Of a stretch of 32,000 bases of DNA, positions 1 through 8,071 are shown piece by piece; the first letter of the stretch is position 1; the number at the start of each line of letters is the position of its first letter. The DNA is taken from positions 24,026-56,025 of the forward strand of contig CAYLQA010000023.1 in NCBI GenBank assembly GCA_964385695.1, in the 5' to 3' direction. The notes beneath the pieces were generated by a model. That model ran no database searches and was not told the DNA's origin. It saw only the letters and a program-made list of their open reading frames with translations. The translations under genes were made by a program, and so were the position numbers. Source of the DNA: an uncultured Desulfobulbia bacterium (GTDB taxonomy: Bacteria; Desulfobacterota; Desulfobulbia; Desulfobulbales; Desulfurivibrionaceae).

Positions 1-330
1 TGCGGCAAGTGTCATGATCGCCTCGAGGAGATCCTGCGCGAGACCCACCATGCGGTCAAGCAGGAGGTCATCCCTGATATGCGGCCAAGGTTGACTAACA
101 TCCAGAAGATCAAGATGGTCGAGGATGTTTTGGAGCGTGAGATTCGCCCGACCCTGAAAAAAGACGGCGGCGACATTGAACTGGTGGATGTGGATGGCGA
201 CTTTGTTACAGTTTCCCTGCGCGGTGCCTGCGTCTCTTGTAAAAAATCCCAAACAACCTTGAAAGAGTATGTTGAAAAGAAGCTGCGTGAGCAGGTTCTT
301 GACAGCCTGATCGTTGAGGAGGCCAAATAA
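1..330 (+). CDS. nifU: NifU-type Fe-S cluster scaffold protein, C-terminal part (5' end outside window)
   Basis: Frame 1 is open from base 1 (CGKCHDRLEEILRETHHAV...) and runs into the tracked 79..330 ORF. It encodes a C-terminal NifU/Nfu-like domain with a GACVSC CxxC pair. The TAA at 328-330 overlaps the nifS ATG (TAATG). Confidence 0.8.
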   Translation, partial: CGKCHDRLEEILRETHHAVKQEVIPDMRPRLTNIQKIKMVEDVLEREIRPTLKKDGGDIELVDVDGDFVTVSLRGACVSCKKSQTTLKEYVEKKLREQVLDSLIVEEAK

Positions 331-1547
331 TGGATAAGGTCATCTATATGGACAACAATGCCACCACCCGGGTTGCACCTGAGGTTGTGGAGGAGATGTT
401 GCCTTATTTTTCCGATCTGTACGGCAACCCATCGAGCATGCATCGTTTTGGCGGACAAGTCGGCGCTGCTGTGACCGAAGCCCGGCAGAAAATCGCTGAC
501 CTTATAGGTGCCATGCCGGAAGAGATCATTTTTACAAGTTGCGGGACAGAGAGTGATTCCACCGCAATTTTATCCGCCCTGCAGACCTTTCCGGAAAAAC
601 GTCACATTATTACCACCAGGGTTGAGCATCCTGCCGTAAAAAATCTTTGTGAAAATATTGATTCACTTACCGGACATAAACATAAAGTCACCCAATTGCC
701 TGTCAATGCGGACGGCACTCTTGATCTGAAAATGTATGAAGAGGCCCTGAGTGAGGACACCGCAATCGTAAGTGTGATGTGGGCAAACAATGAAACCGGT
801 GTTTTGTTTCCCATTCAGGAAATGGCTGAGATTGCTCAAGAAAAAGGAGTACTTTTTCATACCGATGCAGTGCAGGCCGTGGGGAAAATTCCCATCGACC
901 TGTCACAAGTACCTATTGATTTCCTTTCTCTTTCCGGCCATAAATTACATGCGCCAAAGGGAATAGGTGTTTTGTATGTCCGAAAAGGGACACCTTTTGC
1001 ACCCTTTATGATAGGCGGGCACCAAGAGCATGGTCGTCGCGGCGGAACTGAAAATGTTGCTGCGATAATCGGTCTTGGCAAGGCCTGCGAGTTGGCGGCG
1101 CAACATTTAGATGAAGAGAATGATCGGGTTAAGGCATTACGAGATAAACTTGAAGACGGACTGCTAAAAGCAATCCCCAGCTCCATACTCAATGGTCACA
1201 AGACCTTACGCCTGCCCAATACGACGAATATCAGCTTTGAATATGTAGAAGGCGAATCCATCCTTTTGCATCTTGACCGCTTCGGCATCTGTGCCTCATC
1301 CGGTTCGGCCTGTACCTCAGGGTCTCTCGAACCTTCGCATGTTATGAGAGCTATGGGTGTACCGTTTACCGCGGCGCACGGCTCTATTCGTTTAAGTCTC
1401 AGTATCTATAACACTGAGGAAGAGATTGATTACGTTTTAGAAAAGCTTCCTCCTGTCATTGCCCAGCTTCGTGAGATGTCGCCTTTTTGGCAAAGCGAGC
1501 ACAGCGGCAAGAAAGGTGGTAGCCAGTGTAAATGTAGCTGTTCTTAA
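330..1547 (+). CDS. nifS: Cysteine desulfurase NifS (PLP-dependent, class V aminotransferase fold)
   Basis: IYMDNNATT N-terminus, PLP-lysine motif SLSGHKLHAPKG and catalytic Cys loop SSGSACTSG. It is translationally coupled to nifU. Confidence 0.9.
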   Translation: MDKVIYMDNNATTRVAPEVVEEMLPYFSDLYGNPSSMHRFGGQVGAAVTEARQKIADLIGAMPEEIIFTSCGTESDSTAILSALQTFPEKRHIITTRVEHPAVKNLCENIDSLTGHKHKVTQLPVNADGTLDLKMYEEALSEDTAIVSVMWANNETGVLFPIQEMAEIAQEKGVLFHTDAVQAVGKIPIDLSQVPIDFLSLSGHKLHAPKGIGVLYVRKGTPFAPFMIGGHQEHGRRGGTENVAAIIGLGKACELAAQHLDEENDRVKALRDKLEDGLLKAIPSSILNGHKTLRLPNTTNISFEYVEGESILLHLDRFGICASSGSACTSGSLEPSHVMRAMGVPFTAAHGSIRLSLSIYNTEEEIDYVLEKLPPVIAQLREMSPFWQSEHSGKKGGSQCKCSCS

Positions 1548-1571
1548 CTCAGGAGATAGGGGACTATTTGC

Positions 1572-2528
1572 ATGAAGGTAATTCCTGCATCATTTGAGAT
1601 TTTAGAAGATCTTGACCGTCAATCCATGGCCGTACGTATCGAGGCATGTGGAAGGCTTTGTTATAAGAGTGAGGACAAGATCACCGAAGACTCTGCTGAT
1701 CCTTTTATTCGTGGCATCGTAAAACATGGCCATAATTCGGTCATGGAAATGGCTGCTATCAGCCTCAAGGTTGAGGTGGACACAGAGTCGCATATAACGC
1801 AGTTTTTAAGTGTTATCCCCAAATATGTGCAGTTTGACCGGCTGGAGAAAAAGGAACTGCTTATCTCCGCCACGGTTCGTGCCTTTCGAGAATTGTACCG
1901 TGATCATGGCAGCGGTAAGCTGATCAAGGCAATTGCCACTTATTTGGGAGAGCGTTATCCGCTCTTTTTTTATGACTTGGTGCCAAAGCGTGGCTGGGTT
2001 CCACAGTCAGGTGTGATTGTGGAGCAGTTGAGCCAGGAAGAGATAGACGATTTGTCTGCTGATCTTCTTGCTAAACATCGCCACATTGCCGTACGCCTGA
2101 TCACGAATCGGGCGGTTACCCATGAGCTAGTAAGGCATCGGCCATGTTCTTATTTGCAGGAGAGTCAACGGTACTGTCGTTACTCTGAAGACAAGTTCGG
2201 AAGCGAGGTCACCTTTATAAAGCCGATGTTTTATAAAGAAGGCAGTGAGGAATATGGCTTGTGGGAGCAGGCCATGGTTGAGACGGAAAAACTCTACCTC
2301 AAGCTGCTAGAGACCTCGACAGCCCAGGCGGCCCGGACAGTTCTGCCAAACTCTTGCAAGACGGAGATTATTGTTTTTGCCAACCTTTTGGAGTGGCTGC
2401 ATATCTTCCGCTTGCGCACACCGCGCAATGCAGAGCCTTCCATGCGCGAGGTGATGATTCCGCTGTTGGATGCGATGAAGGTGAAGTTCCCGAGTGTGTT
2501 TGAACCTCTGCCCACACCGGAGTTGTAA
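1572..2528 (+). CDS. thyX: FAD-dependent thymidylate synthase ThyX-like protein (long form, 318 aa)
   Basis: Exact ThyX signature RHRPCSYLQESQRY (RHRxxSxxxxSxRY), plus an upstream GHNSVMEM element resembling the ThyX GHxSxxEH region. It starts 24 nt after nifS. Confidence 0.75.
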   Translation: MKVIPASFEILEDLDRQSMAVRIEACGRLCYKSEDKITEDSADPFIRGIVKHGHNSVMEMAAISLKVEVDTESHITQFLSVIPKYVQFDRLEKKELLISATVRAFRELYRDHGSGKLIKAIATYLGERYPLFFYDLVPKRGWVPQSGVIVEQLSQEEIDDLSADLLAKHRHIAVRLITNRAVTHELVRHRPCSYLQESQRYCRYSEDKFGSEVTFIKPMFYKEGSEEYGLWEQAMVETEKLYLKLLETSTAQAARTVLPNSCKTEIIVFANLLEWLHIFRLRTPRNAEPSMREVMIPLLDAMKVKFPSVFEPLPTPEL

Positions 2529-2540
2529 TACATAGCGTTC

Positions 2541-2572
2541 AAGAAGGACCTCTCAGTCCTTTTTATTTTTTT
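2541..2572 (+). terminator. Putative Rho-independent terminator after thyX
   Basis: AAGGAC-CTCTCA-GTCCTT stem-loop (2544-2561) running straight into TTTTATTTTTTT, 13 nt after the thyX stop. Confidence 0.55.
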
Positions 2573-2640
2573 CTATACATTTGGGGAAATGTATAACGGT
2601 CCTTTTAGGACCCAAAGAATTTTATTTAAGGAGGAAGTAG

Positions 2641-4404
2641 ATGGCTTTAGATCCGACAAAACATGCAGATTGGGAGATTGCGGAGGAAGCAGAGAGCCGC
2701 ATGAAGACTGTTTACGAGCTCGGTGAGCAGCTCGGTCTGGAAAAAGAAGAATTGCTGCCTTACGGCCATTACATCGGCAAGCTTGATTATCGTAAGATTA
2801 TGAACAGGCTTGGCGACAAGCCTGACGGTAAGTACATCGATGTTACCGCTATCAGCCCGACTCCCCTTGGTGAGGGTAAGTCAACCTGTGCCATGGGTCT
2901 TGTTCAGGGTCTTGGTAAGCGCAACAAGTCGGTTGTCGGTGCCATCCGCCAGCCTTCCGGCGGCCCGACCATGAACATCAAAGGTTCCGCTGCCGGTGGT
3001 GGTCTTGCCCAGTGTATTCCTTTGACCCCGTTCTCATTGGGACTTACCGGTGACATCAACGCTATCATGAACGCCCACAACCTGGCCATGGTCGCTGTCA
3101 CCTCCCGTATGCAGCATGAGTCCAACTACTCTGACGAGGTACTGACCCGTCGTGGCCTCAAGCGTCTTGATATCCATCCCAAGAAGGTAGAGATGGGTTG
3201 GATTATCGACTACTGTGCCCAATCTCTTAGAAATATCACCATCGGCCTCGGCGGCAAGATGGACGGCATGACCATGCAGAGTAAGTTTGCCATTGCGGTA
3301 AGCTCCGAGGTTATGGCCATTCTCTCTATTGCCAACGACCTTGAGGATATGCGCCGCAGAATGGGTAAGATTGTTGTCGGTTACGATCGCAACGACAAAC
3401 CCATTACTACCGAGGACCTGGACGTTGCTGGCGCCATGACCGCCTGGATGGTTGAGGCCCTGAATCCCAACCTGATGCAGACTCTTGAGGGTCAGCCTGT
3501 TGTTGTTCATGCCGGTCCTTTTGCCAACATCGCTATTGGTCAATCTTCTGTTATCGCTGACCGCGTTGCCTTGAAGGTTGCCGATTACAACGTTACCGAG
3601 TCCGGCTTTGGTGCTGACATCGGTTTTGAGAAATTCTGGAACCTGAAGTGCCGCTTCTCCGGCAATAAGCCCAACTGTGCAGTTGTTGTTGCCACTATCC
3701 GTGCTCTTAAATGCCACGGTGGCGCACCGATTCCTGTACCTGGTAAGCCCATGCCTGACGAGTACGGCAAAGAGAACGTCGGTTGGGTTGAAGAAGGTTG
3801 TAAAAACCTTATCCACCACATTGAGACCGTTAAGAAGGCTGGTATCAATCCTGTTGTCTGTATCAATGCTTTTTACACCGATACTGACAATGAGATTAAG
3901 GCTGTACGCCGCATCTGTGAGGCAGCCGGTGCCCGCGTTGCCTTGTCCCGTCATTGGGAGCACGGCGGAGAGGGAGCCCTTGAGTTTGCCGACGCTGTTG
4001 TGGATGCCTGTGAAGAGCCCAACGACTTCAAGTTCCTCTATGACCTTGAGGCGCCGCTCAGTGAGCGCATCGACAAGATCGCCAAAGAGGTTTACGGCGC
4101 TGACGGTGTCAGCTACTCTGCTGAGGCTAAGACCAAGCTTGATCGTATGGAGAATGATCCTGAGCTCAAGGAAATGGGTACCTGTATGGTTAAGACCCAT
4201 CTTTCCCTTTCCCACGATCCGACCAAGAAGGGTGTTCCCACCGGTTGGACCCTGCCGATTCGCGACATCCTTACCTATAAAGGTGCAGGCTTTGTCGTGC
4301 CGGTTGCCGGTGCCATCAGTCTGATGCCTGGTACTGCATCCGATCCAGCATACCGCCGGATTGATGTAGATGTTGAGACCGGTCGAGTGAAAGGCGTATT
4401 TTAA
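2641..4404 (+). CDS. fhs: Formate--tetrahydrofolate ligase (formyl-THF synthetase)
   Basis: 587 aa with the Fhs P-loop region [11 protein letters not shown] and family-typical sequence throughout. A strong RBS (AAGGAGG) sits 6 nt upstream of the ATG. Confidence 0.95.
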   Translation: MALDPTKHADWEIAEEAESRMKTVYELGEQLGLEKEELLPYGHYIGKLDYRKIMNRLGDKPDGKYIDVTAISPTPLGEGKSTCAMGLVQGLGKRNKSVVGAIRQPSGGPTMNIKGSAAGGGLAQCIPLTPFSLGLTGDINAIMNAHNLAMVAVTSRMQHESNYSDEVLTRRGLKRLDIHPKKVEMGWIIDYCAQSLRNITIGLGGKMDGMTMQSKFAIAVSSEVMAILSIANDLEDMRRRMGKIVVGYDRNDKPITTEDLDVAGAMTAWMVEALNPNLMQTLEGQPVVVHAGPFANIAIGQSSVIADRVALKVADYNVTESGFGADIGFEKFWNLKCRFSGNKPNCAVVVATIRALKCHGGAPIPVPGKPMPDEYGKENVGWVEEGCKNLIHHIETVKKAGINPVVCINAFYTDTDNEIKAVRRICEAAGARVALSRHWEHGGEGALEFADAVVDACEEPNDFKFLYDLEAPLSERIDKIAKEVYGADGVSYSAEAKTKLDRMENDPELKEMGTCMVKTHLSLSHDPTKKGVPTGWTLPIRDILTYKGAGFVVPVAGAISLMPGTASDPAYRRIDVDVETGRVKGVF

Positions 4405-4429
4405 GCCTTATTTGCTACTGTGTTTTACG

Positions 4430-4462
4430 GGCTGTCGGAGTAATTTCCGGCAGCCTTTTTTT
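4430..4462 (+). terminator. Rho-independent terminator after fhs
   Basis: 10-bp stem GGCTGTCGGA / TCCGGCAGCC (one G-U pair) with loop GTAATT, followed by TTTTTTT (4456-4462). Confidence 0.7.
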
Positions 4463-4589
4463 ATGCTTTTTTTGTAAGGAAAAATGGCCTGAACCTTGAA
4501 AAAAGAGTTTGTATAAAATAATCCTGTGATACTATAAATGACGATAATAACTACTCATTCAGCAAGTTACGTTTTTCTCGATAGCGATT

Positions 4590-6803
4590 ATGGCCAAGGC
4601 AGATAAAAAATCCACATTGCGCGGAACAGTCAAAGATCAGTCCGGTGCCGGCAAGATCAAAATTGGCGAGTTGTTGCGTAAAGAGGCCCAGATCAGCAGT
4701 ACCCAGTTTGACGAGGCCGTTGCCATCCAAAAGAAGAAGGGCGGCCGCCTCAGTTCCATTCTTTTAAAGCTTGGGCATATTGATGATACGACTGTCCTCA
4801 ACTTTCTCAGCCGACTCCATAACTACCAGACCGTTGAGATAAAGCGAGAGCCGCCCAAGCCTGAGGCTCTTGAACTTCTTCCCTTTGATGTTGCTAAAAA
4901 GTATCTTGCCTTCCCGCTTCGGATGATCGGCAAAAATCTGCAGATCACCATGGCTGAGCCCACTGACACGGCTGCGGTAGAGAACCTGCAAGCAGAGATC
5001 AAGACCCCCCTGACTGTCTGTGTCTCCTCGGAAAAGGACATTGTTGATGCTTATAAAGAGCATTACAAGATCAGTGATGAGGATTATCAATCCTTTTTTG
5101 AAGATGCAGGCAAGGAAGAGCCGGAAGAAGAGATGCCCGTTACCCAGGTCGACGACTTTGGTGCCCTTGCATCGGAAGCAGCCGAGGGCATGGAGCTTGA
5201 GACCATTGGTGAGGAAGCCGGGACAGATCAGTATTCTGCTACCGATGCGCCTATTATCAAACTGGTGAACGGAATCCTTATCAAGGCTGTCAATGACGGC
5301 GTAAGTGATATTCATATCGAACCCTATGAAAAGTCTCTCCAGGTTCGTTATCGTATGGATGGTTCGCTTTATAAGTCGATGAACCTTCCCCTTGGTATTA
5401 AAAATGCCCTGAACTCCCGTGTAAAGATTATGGCGCAACTTGATATTACCGAGCGCCGTGTTCCGCAGGATGGTCGTATCCGCATTAAGATGGGGCGGAA
5501 TAGGGCGGTTGATTTTCGTGTTTCCTCTCTGCCCACACTTTTTGGTGAGAGTATTGTTCTGCGTATTCTCGATAAGGGCAGTTTGAATGTCGATTTGACC
5601 AAACTCGGTTTTGAAACCACCACCTTTGAGACCTTAAAGCGTTGTATCTATCGCCCCCAGGGGCTTTTGCTCGTTACCGGCCCAACGGGTAGCGGTAAAA
5701 CCGTAACCTTGTACTCAGTTCTTAACTCACTCAACAGTGAAGACACCAAGATCCTCACCGCAGAGGACCCGGTAGAGTTTAACTTCAAGGGGATTAACCA
5801 GGTTAACGTCCACACCGAGGTGGGCATGACCTTTGCCGCCGCGTTGAAGGCATTTTTACGCCAAGATCCCGACATTATCATGGTTGGTGAGATTCGTGAT
5901 ATGGAAACCGCTGAGATTGCAATCAAGGCGGCGATGACCGGTCATTTGGTTTTTAGTACTCTGCACACCAATGATTGTCCCGCCACTATCGGTCGTTTGG
6001 TCGACATTGGCATCCCTCCATTTATGGTTGCCTCTTCCGTTACCATGGTCTTGTCCCAGCGTCTTGGTCGTCGCCTCTGTGGTGAATGCAAGCAAGAGAT
6101 GGAACGTCCTCCCAAAGAAGAAATGTTGGGCATGGGGTTTACCGAAGAGGAGCTGGGGCAAGATTTCACGATTTACGGGCCAAAGGGCTGTTCAACGTGC
6201 AACGGTGTCGGCTACAAGGGCAGGGTGGGGCTCTTTGAGTTGATGGAGGTGACTGACGAGGTTGCCAAGGCCATCAATGCTGAGGTTCCCGAGGATCAAT
6301 TGCGTAAAATTGCGGCGCAAGAAGGCATGGTCCCCTTGCGTCGCGCTGGTATTCACAAGGTTATAGAGGGTGTTACCAGCATCGAAGAGGTGCTGCGTCG
6401 GACTGTTGTTACCGAGGAAAGTCTCCCTGCCTACCTTGTGCACCCTGATATTGAAGAATATGACGACGGAGATTACATTATTCGTCAGAATAATAAGGAT
6501 ATCGATTTCTTTAAGTTGGTGAACGGAGCGGTCAGCGTTGTTAAAGACGGCAAGAAGATTGCCGAGATTACCGAGCCCGGTGAATATTTCGGTGAGATGA
6601 GTGCGATTTCCGGGGAGCCGCGCTCTGCCTCGATTCTTTCAAAGGGCCGCTCTAAAATTAAACGCTTTCCCGGCGATAAACTCATGGAGGTTATTGAAAA
6701 ATACCCTGATGTTGCCAGACACCTTTTTAAAACCGTTGTTGTCCGTTTGAACCAGGCAAACAATATCATTGTCAAACTTGCAAACGATCGAACAAAAAAG
6801 TAG
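4590..6803 (+). CDS. PilB/GspE-family type II/IV secretion ATPase with N-terminal T2SSE_N/MshEN-like domain and C-terminal cyclic-nucleotide-binding (CAP_ED) domain
   Basis: Walker A GPTGSGKT, Asp box EDPVE, Walker B DIIMVGEIRD and His box TGHLVFSTLHTND. There is also a tetra-Cys Zn motif (CGECK...CSTCNGVGYKGR). The last ~125 aa carry a cNMP phosphate-binding cassette, GEYFGEMSAISGEPRSASILS. Confidence 0.85.
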   Translation: MAKADKKSTLRGTVKDQSGAGKIKIGELLRKEAQISSTQFDEAVAIQKKKGGRLSSILLKLGHIDDTTVLNFLSRLHNYQTVEIKREPPKPEALELLPFDVAKKYLAFPLRMIGKNLQITMAEPTDTAAVENLQAEIKTPLTVCVSSEKDIVDAYKEHYKISDEDYQSFFEDAGKEEPEEEMPVTQVDDFGALASEAAEGMELETIGEEAGTDQYSATDAPIIKLVNGILIKAVNDGVSDIHIEPYEKSLQVRYRMDGSLYKSMNLPLGIKNALNSRVKIMAQLDITERRVPQDGRIRIKMGRNRAVDFRVSSLPTLFGESIVLRILDKGSLNVDLTKLGFETTTFETLKRCIYRPQGLLLVTGPTGSGKTVTLYSVLNSLNSEDTKILTAEDPVEFNFKGINQVNVHTEVGMTFAAALKAFLRQDPDIIMVGEIRDMETAEIAIKAAMTGHLVFSTLHTNDCPATIGRLVDIGIPPFMVASSVTMVLSQRLGRRLCGECKQEMERPPKEEMLGMGFTEEELGQDFTIYGPKGCSTCNGVGYKGRVGLFELMEVTDEVAKAINAEVPEDQLRKIAAQEGMVPLRRAGIHKVIEGVTSIEEVLRRTVVTEESLPAYLVHPDIEEYDDGDYIIRQNNKDIDFFKLVNGAVSVVKDGKKIAEITEPGEYFGEMSAISGEPRSASILSKGRSKIKRFPGDKLMEVIEKYPDVARHLFKTVVVRLNQANNIIVKLANDRTKK

Positions 6804-7109
6804 GCGTTTGTCAGGATAGTTTTTGACCAATATTTTTTTCACATTTCTCCCTGGTGACATTTTTTTCTCTACCACTCTCTAAGTCCAAAAAAATCCCATT
6901 TACCGCCTGTAACCGGTACATATACCTATTGAAATAACCAATGTAATTGAGTATTTTGAGCATCCTTAGTCCTGAAATTTCGCTCAATAGGCCCCCTGGT
7001 TTTTTAGCGATTTTTAGCTGCCAAAATAAATGGTCAGAGTGGATACTTTTGTCTTTATTTGTATGTAAGAAATTAATAGATCACTATAACTTTTGGATAT
7101 AAGGAGTAA

Positions 7110-8003
7110 ATGATAATGAGTGCCAAGATTATTAGCGGTACCGAGGTCGCCAAGGAGATTCGTGAGGAACTGAAGGTTGAAGTTGCCGAACTGACTGAGA
7201 AGCATAATGTTGTTCCTGGTTTGGTAACCATCCTTGTCGGAGAGGATCCTGCCTCTCAATCTTATGTAAGTGCTAAGAATAAAACCGCTAAGGCGCTTGG
7301 TATTTACTCTGAGCAGGTGACCCTGCCTGCCGACACCAGCGAAGAAGATCTGTTGGCTACCGTTGAGAAGTATAACAACGACGACAAGATCAACGGTATT
7401 CTGGTTCAGCTCCCCCTGCCTAAGCATATCAATGACAACAAGGTTCTGTATGCCATTAACCCAGATAAGGACGTTGACGGGTTTCACCCCGTAAACGTCG
7501 GCAAAATGGTTCTTGGTGAGCAATGTTACCTGCCTTGCACCCCCCATGGAATTCTTGAGCTTTTAAAGCGCAGTGGCACCGAGACCAGCGGAGCAGAGGT
7601 TGTTATTATCGGCCGCAGTAACATCGTTGGTAAGCCCATTGCCAACCTCATGCTGCAGAAGCGTGATGCCGGAAACGCTACAATTACCCTTTGTCACACC
7701 CGTACGAAAGATATGGCTGCACACTGCAAGCGCGCTGATATCATCATTGCTGCCGTTGGTGTGCCCAACATGGTTACCGCGGACATGGTAAAAGATGGTG
7801 CTGTTATCATCGATGTCGGTGTGAATCGTATTGGTAAAACCGATTCCGGAAAAGCCATCCTTGCCGGTGATGTTGATTTTGATGCGGTGAAGGAAAAGGC
7901 TGGTGCCATTACCCCTGTGCCAGGCGGTGTTGGCCCCATGACCATTACCATGTTAATGAAAAATACTGTCCAGGCTGCCAAGCAGGCTGCAGGATTAGCG
8001 TAA
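7110..8003 (+). CDS. folD: Bifunctional methylene-THF dehydrogenase / methenyl-THF cyclohydrolase
   Basis: Family-typical LVQLPLP, DVDGFHP, GRSNIVGKP and PVPGGVGPMT motifs. The AGGAG at 7102-7106 favours the second ATG at 7116 as the true start (MSAKII...). Confidence 0.93.
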   Translation: MIMSAKIISGTEVAKEIREELKVEVAELTEKHNVVPGLVTILVGEDPASQSYVSAKNKTAKALGIYSEQVTLPADTSEEDLLATVEKYNNDDKINGILVQLPLPKHINDNKVLYAINPDKDVDGFHPVNVGKMVLGEQCYLPCTPHGILELLKRSGTETSGAEVVIIGRSNIVGKPIANLMLQKRDAGNATITLCHTRTKDMAAHCKRADIIIAAVGVPNMVTADMVKDGAVIIDVGVNRIGKTDSGKAILAGDVDFDAVKEKAGAITPVPGGVGPMTITMLMKNTVQAAKQAAGLA

Positions 8004-8071
8004 AGAGATTTCAGAAAGCATTGTCTTTCTGTCAATGAGTGAATCCCCTAAATATTTATTGAGGACTCAAG

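Noticed and set aside
12-458. 148-aa minus-strand ORF over the nifU/nifS junction.
   Set aside because: It is antisense to two clearly conserved genes, has Ser/Arg-rich low-complexity composition, and has no motif support.
2573-2640. Possible folate/THF-type riboswitch or leader upstream of fhs (small hairpin GGTCC-TTTTA-GGACC at 2598-2612).
   Set aside because: The region is too short and holds only one 5-bp hairpin. I could not recognise a multi-helix conserved riboswitch architecture by eye; a covariance-model scan would be needed.
3034-4215. 393-aa ORF antisense to fhs.
   Set aside because: It is a shadow ORF: there is no recognisable family sequence, while the + strand encodes a full-length, highly conserved Fhs over the same bases. 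The same applies to the other antisense or out-of-frame ORFs inside fhs (2904..3125, 3585..3866, 3677..4324).
7049-7077. Possible sigma-70 promoter for folD (TTGTCT-17 nt-ATTAAT).
   Set aside because: Each hexamer matches only 4 of 6 positions in an AT-rich region where such matches occur by chance, so I do not report it as a feature.
7014-7547. 177-aa minus-strand ORF overlapping the folD 5' half and its upstream spacer.
   Set aside because: It is antisense to conserved FolD sequence, and its N-terminal part would lie in AT-rich non-coding DNA. It is a shadow ORF.
8012-8031. Intercistronic hairpin CAGAAAG-CATTGT-CTTTCTG between folD and acsA, and a similar one, GAGGAAAC-(18 nt)-GTTTCCTC, at 16474-16507 between acsC and the FDH gene.
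   Set aside because: Neither has a U-tract after the stem, so I do not call them terminators. They may be mRNA-stability or partial-attenuation elements, but the sequence alone does not support a call.
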